DNA of 24,602 nt, from the NCBI GenBank assembly GCA_038209745.1, contig JBBQXJ010000072.1, positions 1 through 24,602 on the forward strand, written 5' to 3'. The notes below the pieces were generated by a model, which was not told where the DNA came from, did not search any database, and was given only the letters and a program-made list of their open reading frames with translations. Each line of letters starts with the position of its first letter. Positions within the stretch are counted from its first letter, which is position 1. This stretch comes from Verrucomicrobiota bacterium. Lineage in GTDB: Bacteria > Verrucomicrobiota > Verrucomicrobiia > Limisphaerales > CANJSG01. The position numbers were made by a program, and so were the translations under genes. Positions 7,201 through 15,211 of this stretch are shown here, one piece after another.

Positions 7201-9331
7201 CGAGTTCGGCGGGCTTCGAGGCGTCGAGCGTGTAGGCGGGGAGCTTGATGGCTTCCTTGTGCTGCACGCGATAGAGGCGGGTGAAATGATGGTCGCGATC
7301 GGGCCGGGTGGCGGCGTTGCGGGCGCCGTGGTTGGGGCCGCGGGTGTCGTTGTGGGTGGCGATCTGGTTGTAGAAGTCGACCACGTAGAGGGCGCCGTCG
7401 GGACCGACGCGGCTGTGGATGGGGCGGAACCAGTAGTCGTTGCTGGTGAGAAATTCCGTCTCCTTGCGGCCCTCTTCCTTGTGGCCCTGGTAGGTGACGC
7501 CGTTTGGATCGAGGAACTCATGGTGGAAGAGATGCATCGTGGCCTCGCTCATGAAGAACGAGTAGTGGTTCTCAGGCTCCCACTTGGCGGGCCAAGCCCC
7601 ACCGTCGTAGATGGTCGCGCCGGCAGCAGCGGTCCAGGCTCCGACCCAGTCGATCTGCACATAGGGTTGGCGGGTCTCCTTGTAGGGAGGGTAGATCTTG
7701 TTCTCCTCGATGATGTTCTTATAGGCCTTGATGCCGCCGACGCTGCCCTTGGCCAGGATCGTCTCGGGGATGATCACGTGGTTGATGGGTTCGCCGCAGG
7801 TGGCGGTGCTGAAGAAGATCTCGCCGTCGGGCGCGACATCCACGCCCCAGGTGTTGCAGCCCTCGGCCGCGACCTGTTCCAGGAGCGAACCATCGGGGCG
7901 GAAACGATAGACGCCGGCGGAGATGTCGCCGAAGCGCTTGCCGGTCTTGGGCGAGCGGACGTCTTTGCCGCGGGTGTAGCCCACGGTGCCATAGACGAAT
8001 CCGTCCGGACCCCAGACGAGGTTGTTGATCACCGCGTGGGTGTCGAAGGTGCCGAAGCCGGTGTAGAGCACCTCGGTCTTGTCGGCCTTGCCGTCGCCGT
8101 TGGTGTCGCGGATCCAGAAAATGTCGGGCGCCTGGGAGACGATGATGCCGTCCTTCCAAAAGACGAGCGAGGTGGGCAGTTCCAAGCCCTCGGCCCAAAC
8201 GGTCTTCTTGTCCATCAACCCGTCGCCGTTCGTGTCTTCGAGGATCGAGACGCGATCCTTGGGCTTGCGGGGTTCCTTGCCGCCGACGGGGTATTTGCTC
8301 GGATCGAGATTCCAGTAGGGACGGGTCGGTGCGTCGTTCTTGTTGATGTCGCGGCCGCCGGGGTATTCGGGTGTTTCCACGACCCAGAGACGGCCCTTCG
8401 GGTCCCAGTCGATGGACATGATCTTCTCGGCGATGTTCTCGTCGGCGGCGAGGGTGACGTTGAATTCCGGATGAAGGTTGAGCTTGGTGATGGCCTTTTT
8501 GGCAGGAACGGGGCCGCCTTCGGGATAGCGGAGGGAATCGAGTTCGGTCTTGTTGCAGAACTCGTCGACGTTGGCGCGCTTGCCGGCCCAGGCGATGCCG
8601 CGCAGCAGGATGGCGCGATAATGCGGGGTGTTGAACACGTCGAATTCGTGGCCGGGAATGCTGACGAAGGCGCGGTAGGGCTGGGTGCCGCCGGCGAGCG
8701 TCTTCTCGTAGGTCCAGATCTGCGGCCAGATGCTGTGGACCTCGATGAAGCTGGTCGCGAGGACGTGGACATCGGCCGACATGTCCATCACGTCGTAGAC
8801 CTCGTCCTTCCAGTCGAAGTTGGAGATTCCCTTGGTGATGGGATGCTCCTGGTCGACGAAGTAGAGGCCGACTTCGCCCTCGTGCCATTCGGTCGCCTTC
8901 TTGCCTTCCTTGTTGTCCTTCCAGATCCAGGAACCGCCGATGATCGACTTGGCCCAGTCGTTCTGGTCGCCCGCCACGACGCCGTCATGGATGACGACGA
9001 GGCCGCCGCCGCGCTTGAGGAAGGTCTCCAGATGCGAACGGTCGTCGCCCTGGATGTTCATGCCGTCGGCGGCGTAGATGATGAGGACGTCGGTGGAGGC
9101 CAGTTCGTCCGAGGTGGGGAACTTCATGCCACCGCCGGCTTTCATGCCGCGTTCCGCCAGCAATTTGGACCATTCGCCGAGGAAACGCGGGTGGTCGTGC
9201 TGGTTCGGACCGTGGGTTTTGACGCCGCCGCGGATGAAGACGCGGAGCGGGTCGGCCGCCATTGTCGTGCCGACGGCCCAGAGGAGCAGGGCAGCGGCGA
9301 GAAACCGGGAGATTTGGCTACGTAGTTTCAT
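4235..9331 (-). CDS. PVC-type haem-binding CxxCH protein (signal peptide, ThuA, dehydrogenase-like beta-propeller, HEAT repeats, cytochrome c, beta-sandwich, ThuA), 1698 aa
   Basis: Signal peptide MKLRSQISRFLAAALLLWAVGTTMAA. ThuA motifs HPITKG...DEVY...PGH and HPVMKG...DELY...LGHD. Propeller motifs WDPKGRLWVVE, LEDTNGDG, WGPDG and WFRP..SRVGPDGALYVVDFYN. CAVCH at 5879-5893 followed by APNLTG...IVDPN and SLMPEG. True start is ATG 9331, not 10642. Confidence 0.93.
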   Translation of the reverse strand: MKLRSQISRFLAAALLLWAVGTTMAADPLRVFIRGGVKTHGPNQHDHPRFLGEWSKLLAERGMKAGGGMKFPTSDELASTDVLIIYAADGMNIQGDDRSHLETFLKRGGGLVVIHDGVVAGDQNDWAKSIIGGSWIWKDNKEGKKATEWHEGEVGLYFVDQEHPITKGISNFDWKDEVYDVMDMSADVHVLATSFIEVHSIWPQIWTYEKTLAGGTQPYRAFVSIPGHEFDVFNTPHYRAILLRGIAWAGKRANVDEFCNKTELDSLRYPEGGPVPAKKAITKLNLHPEFNVTLAADENIAEKIMSIDWDPKGRLWVVETPEYPGGRDINKNDAPTRPYWNLDPSKYPVGGKEPRKPKDRVSILEDTNGDGLMDKKTVWAEGLELPTSLVFWKDGIIVSQAPDIFWIRDTNGDGKADKTEVLYTGFGTFDTHAVINNLVWGPDGFVYGTVGYTRGKDVRSPKTGKRFGDISAGVYRFRPDGSLLEQVAAEGCNTWGVDVAPDGEIFFSTATCGEPINHVIIPETILAKGSVGGIKAYKNIIEENKIYPPYKETRQPYVQIDWVGAWTAAAGATIYDGGAWPAKWEPENHYSFFMSEATMHLFHHEFLDPNGVTYQGHKEEGRKETEFLTSNDYWFRPIHSRVGPDGALYVVDFYNQIATHNDTRGPNHGARNAATRPDRDHHFTRLYRVQHKEAIKLPAYTLDASKPAELVKMLEHPNGWVRGTANRLLNETQPASAVPALAALAKSSPSRYGRIEALFALNNQNHLDGTTLQAGLNDSDAAVRKTAARLAGDEAAAGSAKTLEALLNDANGRVRINALISLGELPATRAIADAIVAAWPTLKDPYLESAAIGAASKDPLLFVEAALASKEPETVGSFLPFLAGLVANQDADAGARLIQLVAAQPVSAGELKRQTIEGFAAALTAGKVPAWSPALADGLKALLADDRTAGAVLPLVARWDKKGQLADAVKPAVAKAEAQLGNTSLPDAARGQIAANLIGVWKMDASIIPAVGALLTSNASSDLKHRLIDVLGSESEGATALVPVLSKIPSDLVDPAFGQIVKRADAVNALLTALADKKIDLAILGPARQHRLRTHPDMAIAKRATEVIETLRGPETKEKDTLIAKLTPEVVKPGNVENGHKLFTANCAVCHAFKGEGSDLAPNLTGMGSHGPADLLVHIVDPNRLVEPNFISVAIETKGGDIYDGIVDRENRNEIVIRNASGPVTLRKADIATRQSSGRSLMPEGFEQLGGEGLRDLLAYICADENKFRVLDLTKAFTANATRGLFYKADDKTESLNFNKYGIQVVDGVPFDVVSPQKVVANVVMLKGGPDESVPKKTMPQQVEVKVGLAASRLHFLGNSGPWGFPYSGDKTLKVLQATLHFADGKTQDIVFRNGIEVADYLGENDVPGSKRHPELTEPNKQVRTLARRVDHGSVIDSITLKSFDNIVSPMLFAITVELPGQGDLKDEPPIVSTDAPAEKFKWGPGIKVLIWGGGSSHDFNRWFNLADKKILEEGGFASVNYTEKQSVVAANLDDADVLDFNTNIAINDPALRKQLMDFAKSGKGIVFIHAGVWDNNKNWPEIHKELIAGMTRGHDRYGEYEVKVTNADHPVMKGVPASYMTKDELYHHVLDTSATPAEVLATAKSPLTGETFPQVWVVKNPNDRIVAITLGHDAFAHDGAPYKTLLRNAVKWTAHKD

Positions 9332-9348
9332 TCTGATTTGTCCCCAAA

Positions 9349-9376
9349 GATCTAGGCGCACCCCGGACCATGGCAA
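9349..9376 (-). promoter_or_regulatory. Candidate sigma70 promoter for the CxxCH protein gene
   Basis: Minus strand TTGCCA-N16-TAGATC, ending 17 nt before the ATG. The -10 match is imperfect. Confidence 0.35.
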
Positions 9377-9589
9377 GTGGCATAAAATGGATGGAGCGCG
9401 GATGAACGAACCGACGTGGCCCTGAGCAAGATGCTCTTGTTCAATGGTTCCAAGGGTTGGGGAGGCGGCGCGCCGTGAAATCGCCGGATCAAAAGATTCA
9501 GTCGTTCCTGTGGCCTGCCCAGGGTCGACGCGCCGCCGAAAATCTCGTGAAGCTTGCCTCGTGGCCCCTTGGCGCCTTTGCTTCGACGC

Positions 9590-10588
9590 ATGAACGCCGT
9601 CGTCCTGACCGGAAAAAACCTCCCGCCTGTCCTTCAATCCGTCCCCGATCCGAAGCCTGCTTTTGGCGAGGTGATCGTGACGCTCCGCGCGGGCGCTTTG
9701 AACCACCGCGATGTCTGGATCCAGCAGGGGATGTATGCGGGCATCCTCTACCCGGTCATCCCCGGTTCGGACGGAGCCGGCGTGGTCAGCGCCCTTGGGG
9801 AAGGGGTGGACGCCGCGTGGCTCGATCGCGACGTGATCATCAATCCGAGCTTCGACTGGGGCTCCTCGCCGCGGGCGTTCGGCGAACGGTTCACCATCCT
9901 CGGCCTGCCGAAGGACGGCACCCTGGCCGAGCGGATCAACGTGCCGATCGGCAATCTCGCGCCCAAGCCGGCGCACCTCTCGTATGAAGAAGCCGCCGCG
10001 CTGCCGTTGGCGGCGCTGACGGCGTGGCGGGCGTTGTTCAGCCGGGCGCAGCTCCGCGTGGGCGAGCGCGTGCTGGTGACGGGAATCGGCGCGGGCACGG
10101 CGCTGTTCGCCCTGCAATTTGCCCGGGCGGCCGGGGCCGAAGTCTGGGTGACCTCGAGCTCGGCGGAAAAGTTGGCGAAGGCCAAGGAACTCGGAGCGAA
10201 GGGCGGCGCAAACTACCAGGACGCCGGCTGGGCGGACGCGCTCCTCAAGGATAGCGGTGGATTCGACGTGATTGTGGACAGCGCTTCGGGCGCCGGTTTC
10301 AACCATTTGATCGACGTGGCGAAACCCGGCGGACGGATCGTCTTCTTCGGCGCCACGACCGGTCCGGTGCCCGAGCTGGTGACGCGGAAAGTCTTCTGGA
10401 AACAGCTCAGCCTGCTGGGCACCACCATGGGCTCGCCCGCCGACTTCGACGGCATGGTCGCGACGGTCGAGCGCCATGGCATCCGACCGGTGATCAGCGA
10501 GGTGTTCCCCTTGGGCAAGGCGGCGGAGGCGTTTGCGCTGATGGCGCGCGGTGGGCAGTTCGGCAAGATCGTCCTCCGGCCCGAGTGA
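9590..10588 (+). CDS. MDR-family (zinc-binding alcohol dehydrogenase / NADPH:quinone oxidoreductase-like) oxidoreductase, 332 aa
   Basis: LNHRD, PVIPGSDGAGVV, DGTLAE, AAALPLAALTAWRAL and the Rossmann motif VLVTGIGAG, ending in GKIVL. It lacks the Cys ligands of a catalytic zinc site, so it is QOR-like. Start ATG 9590. Confidence 0.93.
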   Translation: MNAVVLTGKNLPPVLQSVPDPKPAFGEVIVTLRAGALNHRDVWIQQGMYAGILYPVIPGSDGAGVVSALGEGVDAAWLDRDVIINPSFDWGSSPRAFGERFTILGLPKDGTLAERINVPIGNLAPKPAHLSYEEAAALPLAALTAWRALFSRAQLRVGERVLVTGIGAGTALFALQFARAAGAEVWVTSSSAEKLAKAKELGAKGGANYQDAGWADALLKDSGGFDVIVDSASGAGFNHLIDVAKPGGRIVFFGATTGPVPELVTRKVFWKQLSLLGTTMGSPADFDGMVATVERHGIRPVISEVFPLGKAAEAFALMARGGQFGKIVLRPE

Positions 10589-10659
10589 TCCGGGTTTCGC
10601 CGGACCGAGGCGGGTGCTGAGGACTGGATTCAACACCTTCATCCCGCCAACCTCCGCCC

Positions 10660-11730
10660 GTGTCCTCCCTGCGCATCGTCCAATTGAGCAAACGTTTCGG
10701 AGCTGTCTCCGCGCTGGACGAGGTGTCGCTGGAGCTCGGGGCAGGGGAGATGCTCGTGGTGGCCGGCCCGAGCGGCAGTGGCAAAAGCACGCTGCTGCGC
10801 CTCGTCGCCGGACTGGAGGTGCCGACGCAGGGAGAGATCCACCTGGGCGCGGAGCGGTTCGACACGTTGTCGGCGGAACGGCGCGCGGTGGCTCTGATCG
10901 GACAGAATCCGGCGCTGCTGCCGCAGTTGAACGTGGTGGAGAACCTGGGGCTCGGCCTGCGACTGCGGAAAGTGCCGCGCGACGACGCGAATCGTCGGGT
11001 GCACGAGGCGGCGGAGCGTTTGGGTCTCGCGGGCTTGTTGCAGCGGCTGCCGGCGGAATTGTCCGGCGGCGAACAACAGCGCGTGGCCTTGGGGCGGGTG
11101 CTGGTCAGCCGGCCCAAGTTGCTCCTGCTGGACGAGCCCCTCGCCCAGTTGGATCCGGAGCTGAAACGCGGGTTGCGGCGCGAGATCCAGCGTCTGCACC
11201 GCGAGCTGAAGGTTCCCGCGATTCTCGTGACCCACGATCAGGAGGAGGCCATGGAACTGGCGGACCGGATCGCGGTGCTCCGAACCGGCCGACTGGAGCA
11301 GGCGGGCTCGCCAGATCAAATCCACCGTTCGCCAGTGAACCCGTTCGTGGCCGAGTTCTTCAGTCCGGCGGGGTTCAATCGATTGGACGGCCGGATCGAA
11401 CGTGATGGCAAGGGGCGCTGGTTTTGTGTGGGTGATCTGCGGCTGAACTTGCCGGCCGCGTCGGGGAACGAAGCGGATGGGGGACGCCACGTGTTGTTCC
11501 TGCGGCCGGAAGCGATCCACGTGTTCTCTGGATCCAGCGAGGTGCCGAACGAGATGCCAGGCAGAATATCCCGAGTCGTGTCGCTGGGCTGGGAACGACG
11601 GCTCGAGTTGGAGGCCGGAGGGCTGGTTTGGAGGGTGCGCTCGGTCGAACTGCCTTCTTTCGCAGTCGGAGATGGGGTGCGGTGGTCCGTAGATTGGACC
11701 CGGGCGCTTTGGTTCCCGGCGGGCTACTGA
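10660..11730 (+). CDS. ABC transporter ATP-binding protein, MalK/PotA type with C-terminal OB/TOBE-like domain
   Basis: Walker A GPSGSGKS, signature LSGGEQQR, Walker B LLLLDEP, H-loop VTHDQEEAM, P.N.FVAEF and LRPE. GTG start. Confidence 0.92.
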   Translation: MSSLRIVQLSKRFGAVSALDEVSLELGAGEMLVVAGPSGSGKSTLLRLVAGLEVPTQGEIHLGAERFDTLSAERRAVALIGQNPALLPQLNVVENLGLGLRLRKVPRDDANRRVHEAAERLGLAGLLQRLPAELSGGEQQRVALGRVLVSRPKLLLLDEPLAQLDPELKRGLRREIQRLHRELKVPAILVTHDQEEAMELADRIAVLRTGRLEQAGSPDQIHRSPVNPFVAEFFSPAGFNRLDGRIERDGKGRWFCVGDLRLNLPAASGNEADGGRHVLFLRPEAIHVFSGSSEVPNEMPGRISRVVSLGWERRLELEAGGLVWRVRSVELPSFAVGDGVRWSVDWTRALWFPAGY

Positions 11731-12635
11731 GGACGAGTCGTCGGGGACGCCAGTTTCGCGCGGAGATCGGCGATGTGTATCTGGGGTCCGGGGGAGGCGG
11801 GATTGAAGACCTTGGCCTGCTCCCAGAGGTGGATCGAGCGCTCGTAGTGGCCGGTCTCCTCTTCGAGTTCGGCGAGCTGCGACAGGAGTTGGAGGGCGAG
11901 GAACTTGTTGGGCTCCTTCGTGCCGCTCTCGTTCTTGTTCCAGGAGTTGATGCCGGCTTCGAAGACGTTGCGCGCGCGGTCAAAATCCTTCCGGTCGTGG
12001 AAGAAGATCCGGCCCAGCTCGAACAGCAGCGAAGCGTCGCCGGGATTGTTGCGGAGGCCGTCGTGGATCACGTCTTCGGCGTCTTGGCTGCGGTGGAGGC
12101 GGTCGCGCAGCCAGAAGGCGGTGACGGTGTAGGTCTCGACGCGGTTGGGGTCGAGGTTCGCCGCGATCTTGAGCCACGGGAGCATCTCGCGGACGTCGCC
12201 GCCGACTCCGGGGGATCCGCCCTTGTCGTGGGATTCATGGTCGGCGCCGCCTTCGTCGAGGTGGGTGTGTTCCGACGGGAAGAAACGGCGACTGAAGGCT
12301 TCGAACGGGTCGAGGGGTTGGCCAAGGAAACCGAGTTCTTCTCCGGAGTTCTTCTCCTCGGCCGCGCCGGCGTCGGCCGCGATGTGGGCCGTTTCATAGC
12401 CCTCCTGGTTGTCGAAGACGGTGGGGTAGTAGCCGCTGTGGAAATAGGCGTCGGCCTTGATGAAGAAATGGTTGGCGAAGAGGCGGCGGCTTTCGCCGAG
12501 GACGGTTTCCAGGAGCGAGAAGGGCTTGGGGTCGACGGTCCGGGCCAGGGTGCGGGCCTCGTTCAAACAGGCGAGGGAAAAGGCCAGCGTGGCGAGCCCG
12601 GCGAGCACGAGAGCGGAATGACGCGGCGGAGTCAT
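11724..12635 (-). CDS. Membrane-anchored/exported tetratricopeptide-repeat protein, 303 aa
   Basis: N-terminal hydrophobic segment ALVLAGLATLAFSLA, a conserved-looking ADAYFHSGYYP and TPR-like helices (AANLDP, DGLRNNP...LLFELGRIF). Its start overlaps the permease stop (ATGA at 12632-12635). Confidence 0.85.
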   Translation of the reverse strand: MTPPRHSALVLAGLATLAFSLACLNEARTLARTVDPKPFSLLETVLGESRRLFANHFFIKADAYFHSGYYPTVFDNQEGYETAHIAADAGAAEEKNSGEELGFLGQPLDPFEAFSRRFFPSEHTHLDEGGADHESHDKGGSPGVGGDVREMLPWLKIAANLDPNRVETYTVTAFWLRDRLHRSQDAEDVIHDGLRNNPGDASLLFELGRIFFHDRKDFDRARNVFEAGINSWNKNESGTKEPNKFLALQLLSQLAELEEETGHYERSIHLWEQAKVFNPASPGPQIHIADLRAKLASPTTRPQ

Positions 12636-13404
12636 TGCAGGCGTTTCCGGCGGAAGATCCAACAGGCGATGAAGAGGAGGACGGCCGCATAGGCCAGCGC
12701 GTAGGCCAGGGCGACGAGGAACGAGAGGGCGTCGATGGCGGGCCAGTCATGGACGATGCGTTCGCGCACGTCGAACCAGCCGAGCTGCGGGATCACGTAG
12801 TAGACGGCCGTGAGGATGGCTTCGGAGAAGCCGCCTTTGCCGATGGCGATCTTATGGAGGTGCCGGCCGATGAGCAGAATGCCGCCAACCACGACGAAGC
12901 AGATGGTGTTGTTCGAACTGGGCGCGGCGAAGACGAGCGAGCCGAGCAGCGCCAGGGCGATGATCACGGCGAGCATGAACCAGTGCAGCATGACGGCCTG
13001 AAGGTAGCCTCCGATCGGCAAACCGTGTTCGCGGGCCGCGCTGATGACGCCGAAGAACAGGTAGAAACAGACGAGGGCGACGCCGGACGCCAGCCAGCAG
13101 CCGAGGAACTTGCCGACGAGCACTTCGGCGCGGCTGATCGGCTTGGCCAGGAGCGGAAAAATGGTGCGGGACTCGCGTTCCGCCGGGATCTGCCGGGCGG
13201 CGGTGGTGATGGCGATGACGAGCGAAGCGATCCAGATGAGCAGCAGACAGACTTCCTTCAGGTAGCGGACGACGTTCGACTCGTTGAAGAAGTTCACCGA
13301 GCCGAGGATCAGGGTGATCAGAACGGTCAGGATCAGCAGGACGTAGAAGTCCTTGCGCCGATACATCTCGCGCATGACGACGGTGGAGACGGCCCAGACG
13401 TTGT

Positions 13405-13408
<4 letters not shown>
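12632..13408 (-). CDS. ABC-2 type exporter permease
   Basis: About six hydrophobic segments and the IPAERESRTIFPLLAKPISRAEVLVGKFLG motif. Translationally coupled to both neighbours. Confidence 0.92.
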
Positions 13409-14181
<773 letters not shown>

Positions 14182-14245
14182 GTTCCCTTCAATTGTTCTT
14201 CTTGTTGGACAGGCGAGTCCGTCGCCGGTTCAAGACGCGTCGGGA

Positions 14246-14267
14246 GCCCACGGGCAGAACCGTGGGC
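14246..14267. repeat. Short palindrome, REP-like or operator-like
   Basis: GCCCACGG-gcagaa-CCGTGGGC has perfect 8-bp arms and no U-tract. It lies upstream of the ABC operon. Confidence 0.5.
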
Positions 14268-14538
14268 ATAAAGAAGCTATCGGTATGCGGGAAACGGGCT
14301 TGAGAGAGAGGAGAATTTTGAAGAGACCAATGGCTGCTTCCAGTTGTTCCAACACAGGATCTCTGGGGGTCGCCCACGAGCCGAGGATGCCGCCGAACGA
14401 CTCGTTGACAGAGGAGAGCCAGTCTGGTTTGGCCTAATCCTTACCCGGGAAACACTGAAGCCCAAGGAGGCACGATCCCAGTGGTGTCCACGGAGGAGTG
14501 GATGCAGCGGACTCGCCGGGGACGAAAAAGGAAAAGGG

Positions 14539-14931
14539 AAAACCAATGCCGGCAACCAATACCAGTCCTTCAGGTCACGGGAAGACTATGGAGTGGCCCT
14601 GACCTTTTGTTTTGGAGACGACATGGGCACCTCCACCTTCATGGACAGCCATGGCAGCGAGGCCACCGGCATCAACAATCGCGGCTTGATCGTGGGCACC
14701 TCCGGCGCGCAGGCGTTCGTGGCCTCGAACGTAGGTGCGCCCGGCTCCCAGCCCCTGCTCAAGCTGGTGGAGAAGTCCTGGGTCAAGATCGGCAACAACT
14801 GGGTCCGGGCCGACCTGAACGGCGGGTCCTTCAACGGCGCCAAGCTGAAGCTCAACGAGGCCAATTGGATCGTGGGCTATGGCACCCGCGACGGCAGCGT
14901 CTATGGCTTCGCCCTGAAACCTCGGCCATAG
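14539..14931 (+). pseudogene. C-terminal remnant of an extracellular HAF-repeat (beta-propeller) protein
   Basis: ...YQSFRS...DDMGT...SEATGINNRGLIVGTSGAQAFV...LNEANWIVGYGTRDGSVYGFALKP*. It shows the S-A-xx-IN-xx-G-x-IVG-x-S repeat and the typical terminal strand. Coding-like GC3 begins only near 14545, and there is no signal peptide or earlier repeats. The 5' boundary is approximate. Confidence 0.7.
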
Positions 14932-14944
14932 TCACAGCATCACC

Positions 14945-14975
14945 GGGAGGGCGGCTCCGGCCGCCCTCCCTCTTT
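14945..14975 (+). terminator. Strong intergenic hairpin (terminator or mRNA-stabilising stem)
   Basis: GGGAGGGCGGC-TCCG-GCCGCCCTCCC is an 11-bp perfect stem followed by a weak TCTTT tail. It lies between the HAF remnant stop and the pilin remnant ATG. Confidence 0.65.
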
Positions 14976-14980
14976 CAACC

Positions 14981-15211
14981 ATGAACTTGAAAGCCATCTT
15001 GGACCCACGGTGGGTAGGGCGAAGGCTCCGGCCGAGCCGCCGCTGGACGCACTGCCGACCGCACGGCATCACTGGCGACTCCTCCGCGTTCCGGAGTTGC
15101 CAGAGGAGCGCAAGTCTTCGCTGTTCACCCCAAGGGCGGCTCGGCGGGAGCCGTCGCCCTACCGCCTTCACCTTGATCGAGCTCCTCGTCGTCATCGCGA
15201 TCCTGGCGGCG
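14981..15211 (+). pseudogene. Truncated prepilin-type N-terminal cleavage/methylation gene
   Basis: A 62-codon leader is followed by [16 protein letters not shown] (GCC at 15164). It lacks one IAI unit relative to the intact paralogue, then runs into the antisense strand of the AraC gene. No LLPAL...C..NLKQ follows. Confidence 0.8.
15013..15163. repeat. GTAG-type REP doublet (REPIN/MITE-like inverted repeat)
   Basis: Left arm GGTAGGGCGAAGGCTCCGGCCGAGCCGCC (15013-15041) and right arm GGCGGCTCGGCGGGAGCCGTCGCCCTACC (15135-15163) are inverted with 27/29 identity around a 93-nt spacer. Each arm has GTAG plus an internal GGCTC/GAGCC hairpin. Confidence 0.85.

Noticed and set aside
9332..10642. 437-codon N-terminal extension making a 2135-aa ORF that overlaps the MDR gene antisense
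   Set aside because: A signal peptide begins at ATG 9331. Mirror-frame ORFs are expected opposite GC3-rich genes, and the extension has no recognisable motifs.
15013..15022. REP arm start GGTAGGGCGA resembles the tRNA-Glu 3' end GGTAGGGTCG (possible att site)
   Set aside because: Only 7 contiguous identical bases, and the sequence is fully explained as a GTAG REP arm.
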